Assembly (NCBI GenBank): GCA_051649245.1 | Contig: JBOFGS010000012.1 | Location: 104,510-168,509 of the forward strand | Source of the DNA: Brevinema sp. | Lineage (GTDB): Bacteria > Spirochaetota > Brevinematia > Brevinematales > Brevinemataceae | Direction of reading: 5' to 3' | Length of the DNA: 64,000 nt | Part shown: piece by piece, positions 17,962 to 28,502 of the stretch | How the letters are laid out: each line of letters begins with the position of its first letter | Position numbering within the stretch: the stretch's first letter is position 1 | Made by a program: the position numbers and the translations under genes | The notes under the pieces: generated by a model | What the model was told of the DNA's origin: nothing | Databases searched by the model: none | The model's input: only the letters and a program-made list of their open reading frames with translations

Positions 17962-20279
17962 GATTTCCTTCCTTTGTTATTTAAATAAAATTGGATCATT
18001 GTTGGAATATCTAAAATAAATCCAATTTCACCATTACCCACAATTGTTGCTGCAGAAATTCCAGGACTATAAATAAGGTCACGATCCATTGGTTTGATAA
18101 CGATATCTTGTTCCCCTAAAATATCCGGTGCAATAATACCTACTTGACGATTCCCATATTTTATAATAATACAATAGCAGGTACTTACATGTTCGGATAT
18201 ATTTTCTACGGTACTAAAGTCTTTTTTCTTTTCGTTTAATGTTTCATAAAATGGTTTGGCACCGTAAAGTACATTTGGTAAATCAATCAAAGGAATCAAT
18301 TTTTCTCTGAATTTTAAGGCGTGAAACCTATTTAATCGATGAAGATTATTTGGATCTAAAATGACAGTTTCTTCCACACCAATAATCGGGATAATATAAT
18401 GGATATTTTCTACATAAATTAATAATCCTTGGATAATAGCAAGTGTTAATGGAAGTTTGATAATAAATTTGGAACCTTCTCCAATTTTTGAGTGTACAGA
18501 AACAGAACCACCAATAGATTCAATATTTCTTATAACAACATCCATTCCAACACCACGTCCTGATAAATCTGAGATCTCATTTGCGGTTGAGAATCCTGGC
18601 ATAAAAATCAAACGCAATGCTTCTTCTTCTGAAAGACTGTGAGCTTGTTCAGGAGTGATAAACTTTTTATCGATTGCTTTTCTTTTTAAAAGTTCTGTGT
18701 CAATTCCTTTACCGTCATCATCCAGTTCAATAAAAATCAAATCTCCTTCTTGATAAGAATGTAAGGTGATCGTGCCAATCTCAGATTTTCCTGCTTTGAG
18801 ACGATCTTCTGGTAATTCAATGCCATGATCTAAAGAGTTTCTAATCATATGCATTAATGGATCATAAAGGTCGTCAATAATACCTTTATCAATTTCGGTT
18901 TCTCCACCACTAATAATAAGTTCAATTTTTTTATTAAGTTGTTTACCTATATCTCTTGTTAGACGAGAAAATCTACTAAATACAGTTTGGATAGGAATCA
19001 TCCGAAGGCTCATCATTTTGTGTTGGAGGATACCGGAAATCCGAGAAAATTGTTGAACATAGTCTGTATAGTTATCAAGGCCGTTACTAATTTGTAGATA
19101 GGAATTTCTAAGGATCGTATTTTGGAGTGCATTTTGCTGTGCATCTTTATTGAGGTGCAATAAATGAGATGAGTTTAGAAAATCACGTAAACTATAGCGA
19201 ATATTTTGTAAAGCCTTATCTAAGTTTAGTTCAAATTGATTAAATCCTGAACGGATAATAACCAATTCCCCTAGTAAATTTAATAATTCATCAATACGTG
19301 AGCTTTCAATTTTTAGACCAAGATTTTTTTTTTCTGTTTTTTGATCTGTGTTGATAACAGGATTTAAAGAGGTGTCTGTTTTTTGTGTGTCAGGCGATGA
19401 AGAGGGAACGTTTTGTTCCATATTTTTTGTAGAGGATATTCTGTGGTACATCATACTATCTGCAAGTTCCTCAAACACTTGATTATTGAATTGTTTGACA
19501 GATACATGCGTTACAACATCAGGTAATGTTAATTTTTTTTGAATATAATCGATTTTTTCTGTGGTTGTACAAATCATATTTAAATAAGGAAAAAATTCAT
19601 CATCTAGTAATTCAATAGTTGGATTCATAATAATTGGTTCTGCAAATCTATTAACAATAGCTAAAATTTCAAGTGCAGATACATCACGAAGCTCATATGT
19701 TTCGTTTAATTTAATCTCAATAATAACTAAATATTCATTATTTTTGATGGATTCTTCTAAGCTTTCTAGTAAATCAAAAGTTAAATTCAAACGAGCACTT
19801 AGAGGAAGTGAGTCAATTTCATGATTTTCTTCTGAATTAGTGGTTTGTTTGGATGGAGTGTCAGATTGATTGTTATTGGTGGAGGAATCATTTTTACGTA
19901 TTTTTATTGATTCCAATTGAGTCATTAATTTTTGTGATCGAGACGGATCAGGTGTTTCATTGTTGCTATATTGATTAAGCAAAGATTCAAGTTCATCTCT
20001 AACTGAAAGTAATAAACTGATGTCATCTTGTGTAAGATGACATTTTCCATTTCTTACAAGATCAAGGACATCTTCCATAATATGTGTCAGTTTTGTCACA
20101 GCATCAAATCCAACAGCACCAGCACCACCTTTAATAGTATGGGCAACACGAAAGACTGTTGCAATTTGAGAAGGATCATCTAAATTTTTTTCCAAGCTTA
20201 GTAACGACTCTTCTAGATTGTCCAATAGTGAAAATGCTTCATTCAGAAAATCCTGAATTAGTTCCTTCCATTCATCCAT
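17958..20279 (-). CDS. cheA: Chemotaxis histidine kinase CheA
   Basis: P1 HPt domain (FRVAHTIKGGAGAVGF). HATPase domain (HMIRNSLDHGIE, DDGKGID, GRGVGMDVV). C-terminal CheW-like P5 domain. Confidence 0.95.
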   Translation of the reverse strand: MDEWKELIQDFLNEAFSLLDNLEESLLSLEKNLDDPSQIATVFRVAHTIKGGAGAVGFDAVTKLTHIMEDVLDLVRNGKCHLTQDDISLLLSVRDELESLLNQYSNNETPDPSRSQKLMTQLESIKIRKNDSSTNNNQSDTPSKQTTNSEENHEIDSLPLSARLNLTFDLLESLEESIKNNEYLVIIEIKLNETYELRDVSALEILAIVNRFAEPIIMNPTIELLDDEFFPYLNMICTTTEKIDYIQKKLTLPDVVTHVSVKQFNNQVFEELADSMMYHRISSTKNMEQNVPSSSPDTQKTDTSLNPVINTDQKTEKKNLGLKIESSRIDELLNLLGELVIIRSGFNQFELNLDKALQNIRYSLRDFLNSSHLLHLNKDAQQNALQNTILRNSYLQISNGLDNYTDYVQQFSRISGILQHKMMSLRMIPIQTVFSRFSRLTRDIGKQLNKKIELIISGGETEIDKGIIDDLYDPLMHMIRNSLDHGIELPEDRLKAGKSEIGTITLHSYQEGDLIFIELDDDGKGIDTELLKRKAIDKKFITPEQAHSLSEEEALRLIFMPGFSTANEISDLSGRGVGMDVVIRNIESIGGSVSVHSKIGEGSKFIIKLPLTLAIIQGLLIYVENIHYIIPIIGVEETVILDPNNLHRLNRFHALKFREKLIPLIDLPNVLYGAKPFYETLNEKKKDFSTVENISEHVSTCYCIIIKYGNRQVGIIAPDILGEQDIVIKPMDRDLIYSPGISAATIVGNGEIGFILDIPTMIQFYLNNKGRKS

Positions 20280-20292
20280 GATTATACCTCAA

Positions 20293-21438
20293 TTAAATAC
20301 CATATGTTTCCAAAATTAATTTTAAGCCCTTATTTAATTCGTTTAAAGGAAGCACGATATCTGCTAAATTTTCTTTTACTACAGCTCCGGGCATACCCCA
20401 TACAGCACTTGACTGTTCATCTTGAGCAATGATTAATGATCCTTGATCTTTTAGTTGTTTTGCTCCAACAACACCGTCTTTTCCCATTCCACTCAAAATC
20501 GTATAGATAGCATGTCCATGAAATCCACTCATTAAGTAGTTTATAGCAAGATTAATAGATGGTTTAAAAGGATGATTTTCGTATTCTTGTTTGTCTGTAT
20601 AATAAACAAAAAACGTTCCAAACATACTTATCTTTCCATGTACTCCACCTGGAAAAATATATATTTTTCCATTTTCTAATCTCATATTGTGCCGTAGCTC
20701 ATAAGCAGGCAATCCGCTGACAGCACTGAGTTCTTGTGCAAAAGAATAAGTAAATGTTTCAGGCATATGCTGAATCACAATAATAGGAATAGATAAATTT
20801 TTGTTTAAATTGGTAAGCATTGCACGAACAGCTTGAGGACCACCTGTTGATGCCCCAATAATTAATATATTTGGTTTTATATGTTTTTTGTCAAGAACAT
20901 CAGGCAATGCACTTAAGCCACAAGGTACAGTAATCTCAGTTAATGTGCTGTTTTTAGTAGATTGGAAAGATGAATTAGGTGATGATGGAGTTGGATGCAG
21001 AAGTTCTCGTATTTCTTTAGCTTCGAGTCCGGCATTAATTTTTGGGATAAAAGTGTTTGATAATTTTGTCAAAAATGTTTCCGGAGTACCTTCTATTTTA
21101 ACGATAAAATCACAAAATCCAAATTCAATAGCTTCTTTAAATAAAGGATCACCATGTCTTGCTCTTGTACTATGAATAATAACAAAAGGATATTCTCCTA
21201 GAGGTATGTGATTTTTAATTTGTTTCAAAACATACAAGCCATCGCCTTTTTCCATTTCTAAATCTAAAATAACGATGTCTGGCTTATATAAAAGAATTTG
21301 TTGAAAGCCATTTTCTCCATTAGATGAAGAAGCGACTAATTCTAAATTTGATGTTTGTGTGATCATTTTGGATAAATAAGTCCTTACCAAAATAGAATCA
21401 TCAATAATTAGTATCTTTCCTGTACGAATCGTTGGCAT
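20293..21438 (-). CDS. cheB: Protein-glutamate methylesterase CheB
   Basis: Receiver domain (ILIIDDS, ILDLEMEKGDG) plus a methylesterase domain (IIGASTGGPQA, VIQHMP, GMGKDG). I chose the ATG at 21438, 5 nt after AGAGGA. The track start is a TTG. Confidence 0.9.
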   Translation of the reverse strand: MPTIRTGKILIIDDSILVRTYLSKMITQTSNLELVASSSNGENGFQQILLYKPDIVILDLEMEKGDGLYVLKQIKNHIPLGEYPFVIIHSTRARHGDPLFKEAIEFGFCDFIVKIEGTPETFLTKLSNTFIPKINAGLEAKEIRELLHPTPSSPNSSFQSTKNSTLTEITVPCGLSALPDVLDKKHIKPNILIIGASTGGPQAVRAMLTNLNKNLSIPIIVIQHMPETFTYSFAQELSAVSGLPAYELRHNMRLENGKIYIFPGGVHGKISMFGTFFVYYTDKQEYENHPFKPSINLAINYLMSGFHGHAIYTILSGMGKDGVVGAKQLKDQGSLIIAQDEQSSAVWGMPGAVVKENLADIVLPLNELNKGLKLILETYGI

Positions 21439-21456
21439 AAAGGTCCTCTGCAAGCG

Positions 21457-22293
21457 TTAATTTTCATAGAAGATGCATTTAGGCAGCATATGTGCCTGTA
21501 GATTTGTCTTCAGATGGTTTAGGCTTTCTGTAGGGCTTATAAATAAATAACGATTTTTTTTCAACACATGAGTGAGATTAGTGATCACACGTTCTTGAGT
21601 TTCGTTATTAAAATAAATAAGCACATTTCGGCAAAATATAATGTCCACAGAAGGCATCATCTTTGGTTTCAACAAATTATGTGTTTCAAATGAAATTTTT
21701 TGTTTCAAAAATTCCGGCATCTCAATATAATTTGAAAACCCTGAAGGATCTGTTGCATCTTCTATAATATTAATTAAGTATTGATATTCAATAGGAATAT
21801 GTTTTAAGTCATTAAGACTGTATCTTCCACGAATTGCAGATTCAAGTGCTTGTTCACTGATATCTGTAGCGATAATATTAAAATCCCAATCATGTAAATG
21901 ATGTGTTTTGAAAAATCCTTGTACGCACATAGCAAGTGTGTAGGCTTCTTCTCCGGAAGAACAGGCTGCACTCCAAATAGAAATATGCTTAATTTCTTTA
22001 TTTTTTGTGAGTAATTCCGGTAAGATATGATTGTCCAATGCAACAAATTGTTCCAAGCTACGAAAAAAAAAGGTGTGATTTGTTGTCACATATCCAATAA
22101 ATTTTAAAAATTCATCACGATCGTTTTCTAAACTTAAAATTAATTCTTCTTCGGAACATTGTTTTTTACGTAGAATTGCTGTAACTCGTTGATCTAATAC
22201 TTTTAGATGAGCATCTGGAAAAAAAATACCAACCTCTTTTTGAATCATAGATGCTAAGGTATTTAACGTCAGAATACTGGAATGAAATATCAT
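21457..22293 (-). CDS. cheR: Chemotaxis protein methyltransferase CheR
   Basis: TNHTFFFRS, IWSAACSSGEEAYTLAM and IFCRNVLIYF are CheR signatures. Confidence 0.9.
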   Translation of the reverse strand: MIFHSSILTLNTLASMIQKEVGIFFPDAHLKVLDQRVTAILRKKQCSEEELILSLENDRDEFLKFIGYVTTNHTFFFRSLEQFVALDNHILPELLTKNKEIKHISIWSAACSSGEEAYTLAMCVQGFFKTHHLHDWDFNIIATDISEQALESAIRGRYSLNDLKHIPIEYQYLINIIEDATDPSGFSNYIEMPEFLKQKISFETHNLLKPKMMPSVDIIFCRNVLIYFNNETQERVITNLTHVLKKNRYLFISPTESLNHLKTNLQAHMLPKCIFYEN

Positions 22294-22323
22294 AATAAAA
22301 CCGAAATCCTTATTTTTATAAAT

Positions 22324-23178
22324 TTAATGATTATCAAGAATTTCATCTATTTTGTCATTTAAATCATATTCTATTAAATCTGCAATCAGGATAAAATCTT
22401 TATTTTCAAAAGCAACCAGCATTTGTGATGATAAATCTCTCAGATCAATTGCATGACTCTCTGCAATATTATCTTGAGAAACGGAAGCCGTATAGCGTGT
22501 ATACATTTCAATAGCATCAATGACGAGACATAAATCTTGGATAGCTTTTACATCATTTCCTGTTTGAAAATTTGTCGCAATTTCCGGAAGAAGGCATTGG
22601 ATTTTTTCTAATTTATGAAATGTCGCTTCCTTATGATGCTGTTCCGTATGTTGCAGTTTGTTTTCTAAAATAATGATATGATTTGAAACTTGTGTTAACA
22701 ACTCTACTAAATGTGACATTTGTTCAAACGAAATATCATCTTCATCAAGTTTTGCAACAATATTATTTACAATTGCTTTGATAATAGATAATTCTGACGG
22801 AGGAAATGCTAATGATAAACGTAACGCTTCCATACTTTCAACAATCCAACGAAAACTTTCTATCATTTGTTGTTTCTTTATTACAGATCCATTTTCTAAT
22901 TCTTTGATGCTGTAGTTAATAAACTCTTTACCATTGGCTAAGAGTGATAACCCAATTTCAATATTAGTTGCAACAAGTAAATCAACTCGTTTAATATTAT
23001 TAATTTTTTTTGACAAAATTTCTGGATTCTCTATAGCTGCAAATTCACCATCAATTTCCATCGATGCAATAATTAATCCTTCTTCCAATTCTTTTGTGAC
23101 AGCATCAAGCATTGTTTGAATCGTGTCATTGGTTGAAGTTGTAATATCTATATGCACGTCATTAATAAATAATTCCAT
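22324..23178 (-). CDS. Acidic all-helical protein of unknown function, first gene of the che operon
   Basis: I chose the ATG at 23178 (MELFINDVHIDI...). The track start at 23220 is a TTG lying upstream of (outside) the predicted extended -10 box. I recognise no family signature. Confidence 0.55.
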   Translation of the reverse strand: MELFINDVHIDITTSTNDTIQTMLDAVTKELEEGLIIASMEIDGEFAAIENPEILSKKINNIKRVDLLVATNIEIGLSLLANGKEFINYSIKELENGSVIKKQQMIESFRWIVESMEALRLSLAFPPSELSIIKAIVNNIVAKLDEDDISFEQMSHLVELLTQVSNHIIILENKLQHTEQHHKEATFHKLEKIQCLLPEIATNFQTGNDVKAIQDLCLVIDAIEMYTRYTASVSQDNIAESHAIDLRDLSSQMLVAFENKDFILIADLIEYDLNDKIDEILDNH

Positions 23179-23199
23179 AAGAAGTCTCTCACTAACAAT

Positions 23200-23208
23200 A
23201 TTATACCA
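23200..23208 (-). promoter_or_regulatory. Extended -10 promoter (TGGTATAAT) for the che operon
   Basis: Minus strand reads TGGTATAAT at 23208..23200, 21 nt upstream of the ATG at 23178. It follows the weak hairpin after the upstream mutase gene. Confidence 0.45.
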
Positions 23209-23282
23209 TATTGTACACAAATTTTTGATTTTTGTCGATCAAATTCATTAATTTATTTTTTTGAGTCGTTATTTTATATATG

Positions 23283-24968
23283 CTAAGAAATATAGGCTAA
23301 AAACTCATTTTTGATCTGTTCATGAATTTGATCAATGTTTTCTATGCAAGCTTCGCAACCGATAGAATCATGACTCGAAAAATAAAATTTTATTTTTGGT
23401 TCTGTTCCTGAAGGACGAGCAATAATTCTAATATTTTCCGATAAAAACATGGCAAAGACATTGGATTTTGGTAAACCTGTCTGATCATTGAGATAATCAA
23501 TAGTTTTCAGCACATTATGTGTTCCAATTTTTTTAGGAGGCTGAGTTCTAAAGTTCTCCATCATCTGATTGATTTTAGTTACTCCAGAAGCACCTGGTAA
23601 TGTTAATGAAACTTGAGATTCTTTGTAGTAGCCATATTTTTTGCTGATTTCCAATAAAATTTCATCAAGATATTTTCCTTGTTTTTTATAATACGCGACC
23701 AGCTCTGCAAATAGGACAGCACTAGAAACTCCATCCTTATCGTAGACCATATTAGAAGAATTGTAGCCGTGACTTTCTTCAAATCCAAATACAAAATGTT
23801 TGTTTTGATCATGGAGTTCTTGTTGGATATGTGCGATCCATTTGAATCCAGTGAGTACTTCTTGATATTCTATCTGATGATCATCAGCAATCTTTTTGAT
23901 CAATGGTGTTGTAACAATAGTGGTAATTAATACAGAGTTTTTTAGCACATCGTGGTTTAATAAATAATAAGTAAATAATGCTCCTATTTGGTTTCCATTG
24001 AGGAGTTTATAATCACCCTTTGATGTTTTATAGCCTACCCCAAGACGATCTGCATCAGGATCTGTAGCCACAAATAAATCTGCTCCTTGTTTTTTAGCAT
24101 AATCAAGACCAATATTCATGGTGTTTGGATCTTCAGGATTAGGATAAGGAGCTGATGGGAAATTACCATCAGGTGTACTTTGCTCACTAAACATCTCAAA
24201 GTTTTTAAAACCAAATGCTTTTGCTAATATATGAGTGACTTTGTAGCCACATCCGTGTAACGGTGAATATAAAATACGTAAATCTGTTTCTTTACAAATA
24301 TCTGGATGTCGAGAAATATTTTTTATTTTGTTGATGTATTCGTCTAAAATTTCATCACAATATCGAAATAATGATGATTGTTCCACTTCCTCAAAAGGTA
24401 AATCTTCTACTTCTGTTAATGATTGAATCTGATTAACTTCATGAATCATATTTGTATCATGAGGAGGTATGACCTGTCCTCCATTATCCCAAAACACTTT
24501 GTATCCATTATATTCTTTTGGATTATGAGAAGCTGTATTCATAATTCCTGCTTGTGCACCAATTGTTCTGATAGCAAACGATAAAATAGGGGTAGGACAA
24601 AGATCTTTAAAGAAATACACAGGAATTTGATTTGCAACAAGTACGGCCGCTGCCGCTTTAGCAAATTCTAAGGAAAAAATACGAGAATCACGCCCAATCA
24701 CTACTCCTTTATTTTTATTTCCTGTGTTTTTTAAATAATTTGCAAGACCTTGTGTTACTTTTTTGATATTATAGATATTCATTCTATTGGTGCCGGCACC
24801 ACGAATACCACGTAATCCCCCCGTTCCAAATTCCAATTCACGCCAAAAACGATCCGTTAGTTCTTCTTCATTGTTTTGGTCAAGAAGTATTTGAATTTCA
24901 GATCGTGTTTCTGGATCGTATTCGACAGATGTCCATTCTTTTGCTTTTTCTAAAATTTCTTTATTCAT
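23283..24968 (-). CDS. Phosphoglucomutase/phosphomannomutase (alpha-D-phosphohexomutase family)
   Basis: Active-site loop NTASHNPKEYNGYKV, metal loop ATDPDADRLG and sugar-binding loop GFEESHG. Confidence 0.85.
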   Translation of the reverse strand: MNKEILEKAKEWTSVEYDPETRSEIQILLDQNNEEELTDRFWRELEFGTGGLRGIRGAGTNRMNIYNIKKVTQGLANYLKNTGNKNKGVVIGRDSRIFSLEFAKAAAAVLVANQIPVYFFKDLCPTPILSFAIRTIGAQAGIMNTASHNPKEYNGYKVFWDNGGQVIPPHDTNMIHEVNQIQSLTEVEDLPFEEVEQSSLFRYCDEILDEYINKIKNISRHPDICKETDLRILYSPLHGCGYKVTHILAKAFGFKNFEMFSEQSTPDGNFPSAPYPNPEDPNTMNIGLDYAKKQGADLFVATDPDADRLGVGYKTSKGDYKLLNGNQIGALFTYYLLNHDVLKNSVLITTIVTTPLIKKIADDHQIEYQEVLTGFKWIAHIQQELHDQNKHFVFGFEESHGYNSSNMVYDKDGVSSAVLFAELVAYYKKQGKYLDEILLEISKKYGYYKESQVSLTLPGASGVTKINQMMENFRTQPPKKIGTHNVLKTIDYLNDQTGLPKSNVFAMFLSENIRIIARPSGTEPKIKFYFSSHDSIGCEACIENIDQIHEQIKNEFLAYIS

Positions 24969-24987
24969 GTGATATCTCCAATATAAA

Positions 24988-25857
24988 TTATATTATGTGA
25001 AAATTAATAAATGTTTGAAGTAATATCGAACCATAAAATAATAACAATGATGCTACCACATATGATGTAAAATAGCTCGCTAATATTCCTATCCAAGATG
25101 TTTTTGTGAAAATTCCTCGATTTTGTGCAACGAGACCTAAGGTACCCATGATTAAGATTACGATAAAACATACTAAATATTCTGTTGTAAATAGTAAAAT
25201 AATTTTTCTAAATTCTTTGAGATAAATTAAATAAGGTAATGCTTTTTGTAGATTAATCGAGGTACGCTCATTCCATAGTTCAAAAACAAGATCTGCATCA
25301 AATGAAATATATGTTTCATAATTTTTTGCAGTATTGATTATTTGTTTGTCTGTTAAAATATCTGTTTTATAAAGAATTAATTGATTGTTTGTAATTTTTG
25401 CATATTTTGCAAGTAACGAATAGTCTTTTTCACCTTTTGTATGTGAATGAAAAAAGGCATTTTCAATCAAATAAATACCTTCATCCACTCGTGCCATAAT
25501 ACCAAAACTAATACAGTTGATACTGTCTTGAATCACTACTCCTTTTTTTTGAGGAAATTGATTGATGTTTTCAAAAGTTTTTTCAATAGGGATATCTTTA
25601 TATGTTTGTGATTTATTATTAAAGAAAAAATGTACACAAATAACAATCAAACTAAATAATAAACACCAAAAAATAGAAGATTTATAATTTGTTTTATGAA
25701 ATAAACTAATAAATAATGCCGTGCCTGACAATGGAATAAACATATTGTTGCTGATATCTGCAGATTCAATAAGATCGAAAGTTTGTAAATATCTAAAGAA
25801 AAAAACAAATGTTGTGCTAATAATTAATAAAAAAATTGCATTAATAATTTTGCGCAT
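24988..25857 (-). CDS. Polytopic membrane protein, unknown function (3 TM, soluble loop, 2-3 TM)
   Basis: Hydrophobic segments sit at both ends around a ~130-aa hydrophilic middle. The topology resembles LptF/LptG-type permeases, but I see no sequence signature. Confidence 0.4.
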   Translation of the reverse strand: MRKIINAIFLLIISTTFVFFFRYLQTFDLIESADISNNMFIPLSGTALFISLFHKTNYKSSIFWCLLFSLIVICVHFFFNNKSQTYKDIPIEKTFENINQFPQKKGVVIQDSINCISFGIMARVDEGIYLIENAFFHSHTKGEKDYSLLAKYAKITNNQLILYKTDILTDKQIINTAKNYETYISFDADLVFELWNERTSINLQKALPYLIYLKEFRKIILLFTTEYLVCFIVILIMGTLGLVAQNRGIFTKTSWIGILASYFTSYVVASLLLFYGSILLQTFINFHII

Positions 25858-26935
25858 ATTTTTTTTCCTCGTTTATGCGTTTTATTAATACAATTATGGA
25901 AGTAACAACGCTTAATATCCCAAATATTATCAGTTCTGAAATCATAGGGAATTTTGTCCATACAATAAAAAATGATAACAACGAATAGCAAATAGGAAAC
26001 AAAAGACTAATCACTCCTACTAATCCAAACGTTCCAAATAAAGACTGTTTAAGGGTAGTTAGTAAACCAAACATGGTAGCTGACAGCATAAGATTAAAAA
26101 TATGAATAAAAAGTACTAATAATCCCTCGATATTATTACTATTATATGAATCAATTTCTAGAGACTCTTTTTTATGTGGTATTGCTGAATCATCTTGTCG
26201 ATTAATAGTTTTAGGGAGATCACGATTTAATATTAATTGATGATTGCTCATTACTATAATGGAAATATTATTTTTTGTATACGCTTTCAATATTAAACTG
26301 TTAAATTGTTTGATTGACTTTTGCCAAAGATCAAAGATCTCTTGCCCCTTAATATAAGGATATTGGAATGGTGGTATATATAATGATATATCAGCACTTC
26401 CTTCCTTTTCTATATAACCCAAATTATTAAGTATTTCTGCTTTGCTGACAGTCGCTATAATGTTGTTTGTTACAATATTTTTAAAGGTAGCATTTTGCTT
26501 ACCTATCCAAAGTGCTTTCGTGTCTTTTTGTGCAAATAGTTCATTCGTCTTTGTTATCAATAATAAAGTTCCTTCTGTCGAAGAAATCATTGTGGTGTTT
26601 TCAGCAAGTATAGGATTAGGTTTTATTTGATTAAGAGATGGAATATGAAATTGTGAAAAAGGAAAAATAATAATAATGAGGCATGTTGATAACAAGGCAG
26701 AAAGAAAAACAGTTTTATTATTCAGAGAAAGATAGTTGTTAATTTCAAATCCTGCAAAAATAATTTGATGAAACCATAAAAACCAAGGAATAGTCCATAA
26801 TATAAGATGAAGATAATTTGAGATAATGATATTATTTGGATATCGAAAACTTATTAACATTATAGGAAAGTACACACATCCCAATAAAATCCAAGGGATA
26901 CTTTTAGATAAAGATACAATGTATTTTATTATCAT
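25841..26935 (-). CDS. Polytopic membrane protein, unknown function (3 TM, soluble loop, 3 TM)
   Basis: 364 aa with the same architecture as its neighbour. The two genes overlap by 17 nt. The LptF/G-like idea rests on topology and size only. Confidence 0.4.
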   Translation of the reverse strand: MIIKYIVSLSKSIPWILLGCVYFPIMLISFRYPNNIIISNYLHLILWTIPWFLWFHQIIFAGFEINNYLSLNNKTVFLSALLSTCLIIIIFPFSQFHIPSLNQIKPNPILAENTTMISSTEGTLLLITKTNELFAQKDTKALWIGKQNATFKNIVTNNIIATVSKAEILNNLGYIEKEGSADISLYIPPFQYPYIKGQEIFDLWQKSIKQFNSLILKAYTKNNISIIVMSNHQLILNRDLPKTINRQDDSAIPHKKESLEIDSYNSNNIEGLLVLFIHIFNLMLSATMFGLLTTLKQSLFGTFGLVGVISLLFPICYSLLSFFIVWTKFPMISELIIFGILSVVTSIIVLIKRINEEKKYAQNY

Positions 26936-27070
26936 AATTTATGATATCCTCTTGATCTTTTATATGTTATATAATATATTGTACTTATTTTTTGAGTAAT
27001 TTTCAAGATTTATACTTGCAATTATAAAAAATATCATTAAAATGATAAGTAATCACTATGATAGAAATGC

Positions 27071-27099
27071 TTGAAAAAAATAATTAAATAATGTATAAT
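27071..27099 (+). promoter_or_regulatory. Sigma70-like promoter (TTGAAA-17-TATAAT) for the MBL-queH unit
   Basis: TTGAAA is at 27071-27076 and TATAAT at 27094-27099. AGGGAG precedes the ATG at 27126. Confidence 0.6.
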
Positions 27100-27125
27100 T
27101 TAACTCTATGCTTAGGGAGTGATAT

Positions 27126-27887
27126 ATGCGTTGTGCGTCATTGATTAGTGGTAGTAAAGCCAATTCATTTTATATAGAAAACAGTACGGAAGCTTTGTTG
27201 ATTGATGCAGGTCTTTCGTTGCCAAAAACAGAAATGGCTTTAGCCGGATTAGGCCTCAATGCTGATAAAATATCAGGTATTTTGGTTACTCATGAACATG
27301 ATGATCATATCAGACATCTCAAACGTATTGCTCATCATTATCAATTACCTGTTTATATCACAGAAAAATCATACCACAAATCAGGATTGCAACTAAAAAA
27401 TGTTCATTTTATCAAACCTGGAGATACCTTACATTTTGGTTCTATTGATGTTGAATCTTTTGAGGTTATGCATGATGCAGAAATGTGCCTTGGTTTTGTA
27501 TTCCAAAATGATCAAAAAAAAATATTCTATGCATCTGACATTGGTTCCTATAATGATGATATTATTCAAAAAGCATACAATTGTCAGTTCATTGGCATTG
27601 AATCCAATTATGAACTTTCTATGCTCAAAATATCAAAATATCCTCAATACCTCAAAGATCGTATTTCCGGAGGTAGTGGTCATTTGGCTAATCATGAAGC
27701 GGCTTGTTTTGTACGAGATGCTGTAGGATCATTGACTAATCATGTTATGTTTTTGCATATTAGTGAAAATACCAACTGTCTTAATCATGTAGGACGTATG
27801 ATTGACCAAGATTTGTTGCACTATAATGCTGAAGTTGTGTACAATATCAGTAATAGACATACTTGCAGCCCTTTAATTAATGTATAG
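27126..27887 (+). CDS. MBL-fold metallo-hydrolase (YycJ-like)
   Basis: The HxHxDH motif reads VTHEHDDHIRH. Later H/D ligands are present (e.g. LHISEN). Confidence 0.8.
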   Translation: MRCASLISGSKANSFYIENSTEALLIDAGLSLPKTEMALAGLGLNADKISGILVTHEHDDHIRHLKRIAHHYQLPVYITEKSYHKSGLQLKNVHFIKPGDTLHFGSIDVESFEVMHDAEMCLGFVFQNDQKKIFYASDIGSYNDDIIQKAYNCQFIGIESNYELSMLKISKYPQYLKDRISGGSGHLANHEAACFVRDAVGSLTNHVMFLHISENTNCLNHVGRMIDQDLLHYNAEVVYNISNRHTCSPLINV

Positions 27888-27897
27888 GAGTTTTTGT

Positions 27898-28497
27898 ATG
27901 TCAAAAAAAATATTACTCCAAACATGCTGTGCTCCTTGTGTAACCACATGTGTTGAAGTATTACGAGGTCATTTACCTTGGGAGAAAGTTCTTGAGTCAA
28001 AACCTGAGTTTGATGAAATAGTGATTTATTTTTATAATCCAAATATCCATCCAAAAGAAGAATATCATCTTCGTGCCACACAAACAAAACGTTATGCTGA
28101 TATTGCAGGCTGTTCTTTTATAGAAGGTGAATATGAGCCTAAGATTTGGTATGATAGAATCGACGGGCTTCAAGATCAACCCGAAAAAGGACATCGTTGT
28201 ACAACATGTTATGGGATAAGACTGCAAAAAGCTTTTGATTATGCATTAGTACATGATTTTGATTCTGTAGCCAGTTCGTTAACGTTAAGTCCTCATAAGG
28301 ATGAAAAACGTGTTAATGCCATTGGTCATGCGTGGTCAAAAAAAACAGGTATTAACTATGTAGCATCAAACTTTAAAAAAAATAATGGATTTAAAATATC
28401 CAAAGAACTGAGCCGAGAACATTGTGTTTATTGTCAGAATTATTGTGGTTGTGAATTTTCGTTAGCAGAACGTCTTACTCAAATCAAAAATAAATAA
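27898..28497 (+). CDS. queH: Epoxyqueuosine reductase QueH (DUF208)
   Basis: KILLQTCCAPC, FYNPNIHPKEEY, RCTTCYGIRL and YCGCEFS are QueH hallmarks. I chose the ATG at 27898, 7 nt after AGGAG. Confidence 0.85.
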   Translation: MSKKILLQTCCAPCVTTCVEVLRGHLPWEKVLESKPEFDEIVIYFYNPNIHPKEEYHLRATQTKRYADIAGCSFIEGEYEPKIWYDRIDGLQDQPEKGHRCTTCYGIRLQKAFDYALVHDFDSVASSLTLSPHKDEKRVNAIGHAWSKKTGINYVASNFKKNNGFKISKELSREHCVYCQNYCGCEFSLAERLTQIKNK

Positions 28498-28502
28498 AAA
28501 AT

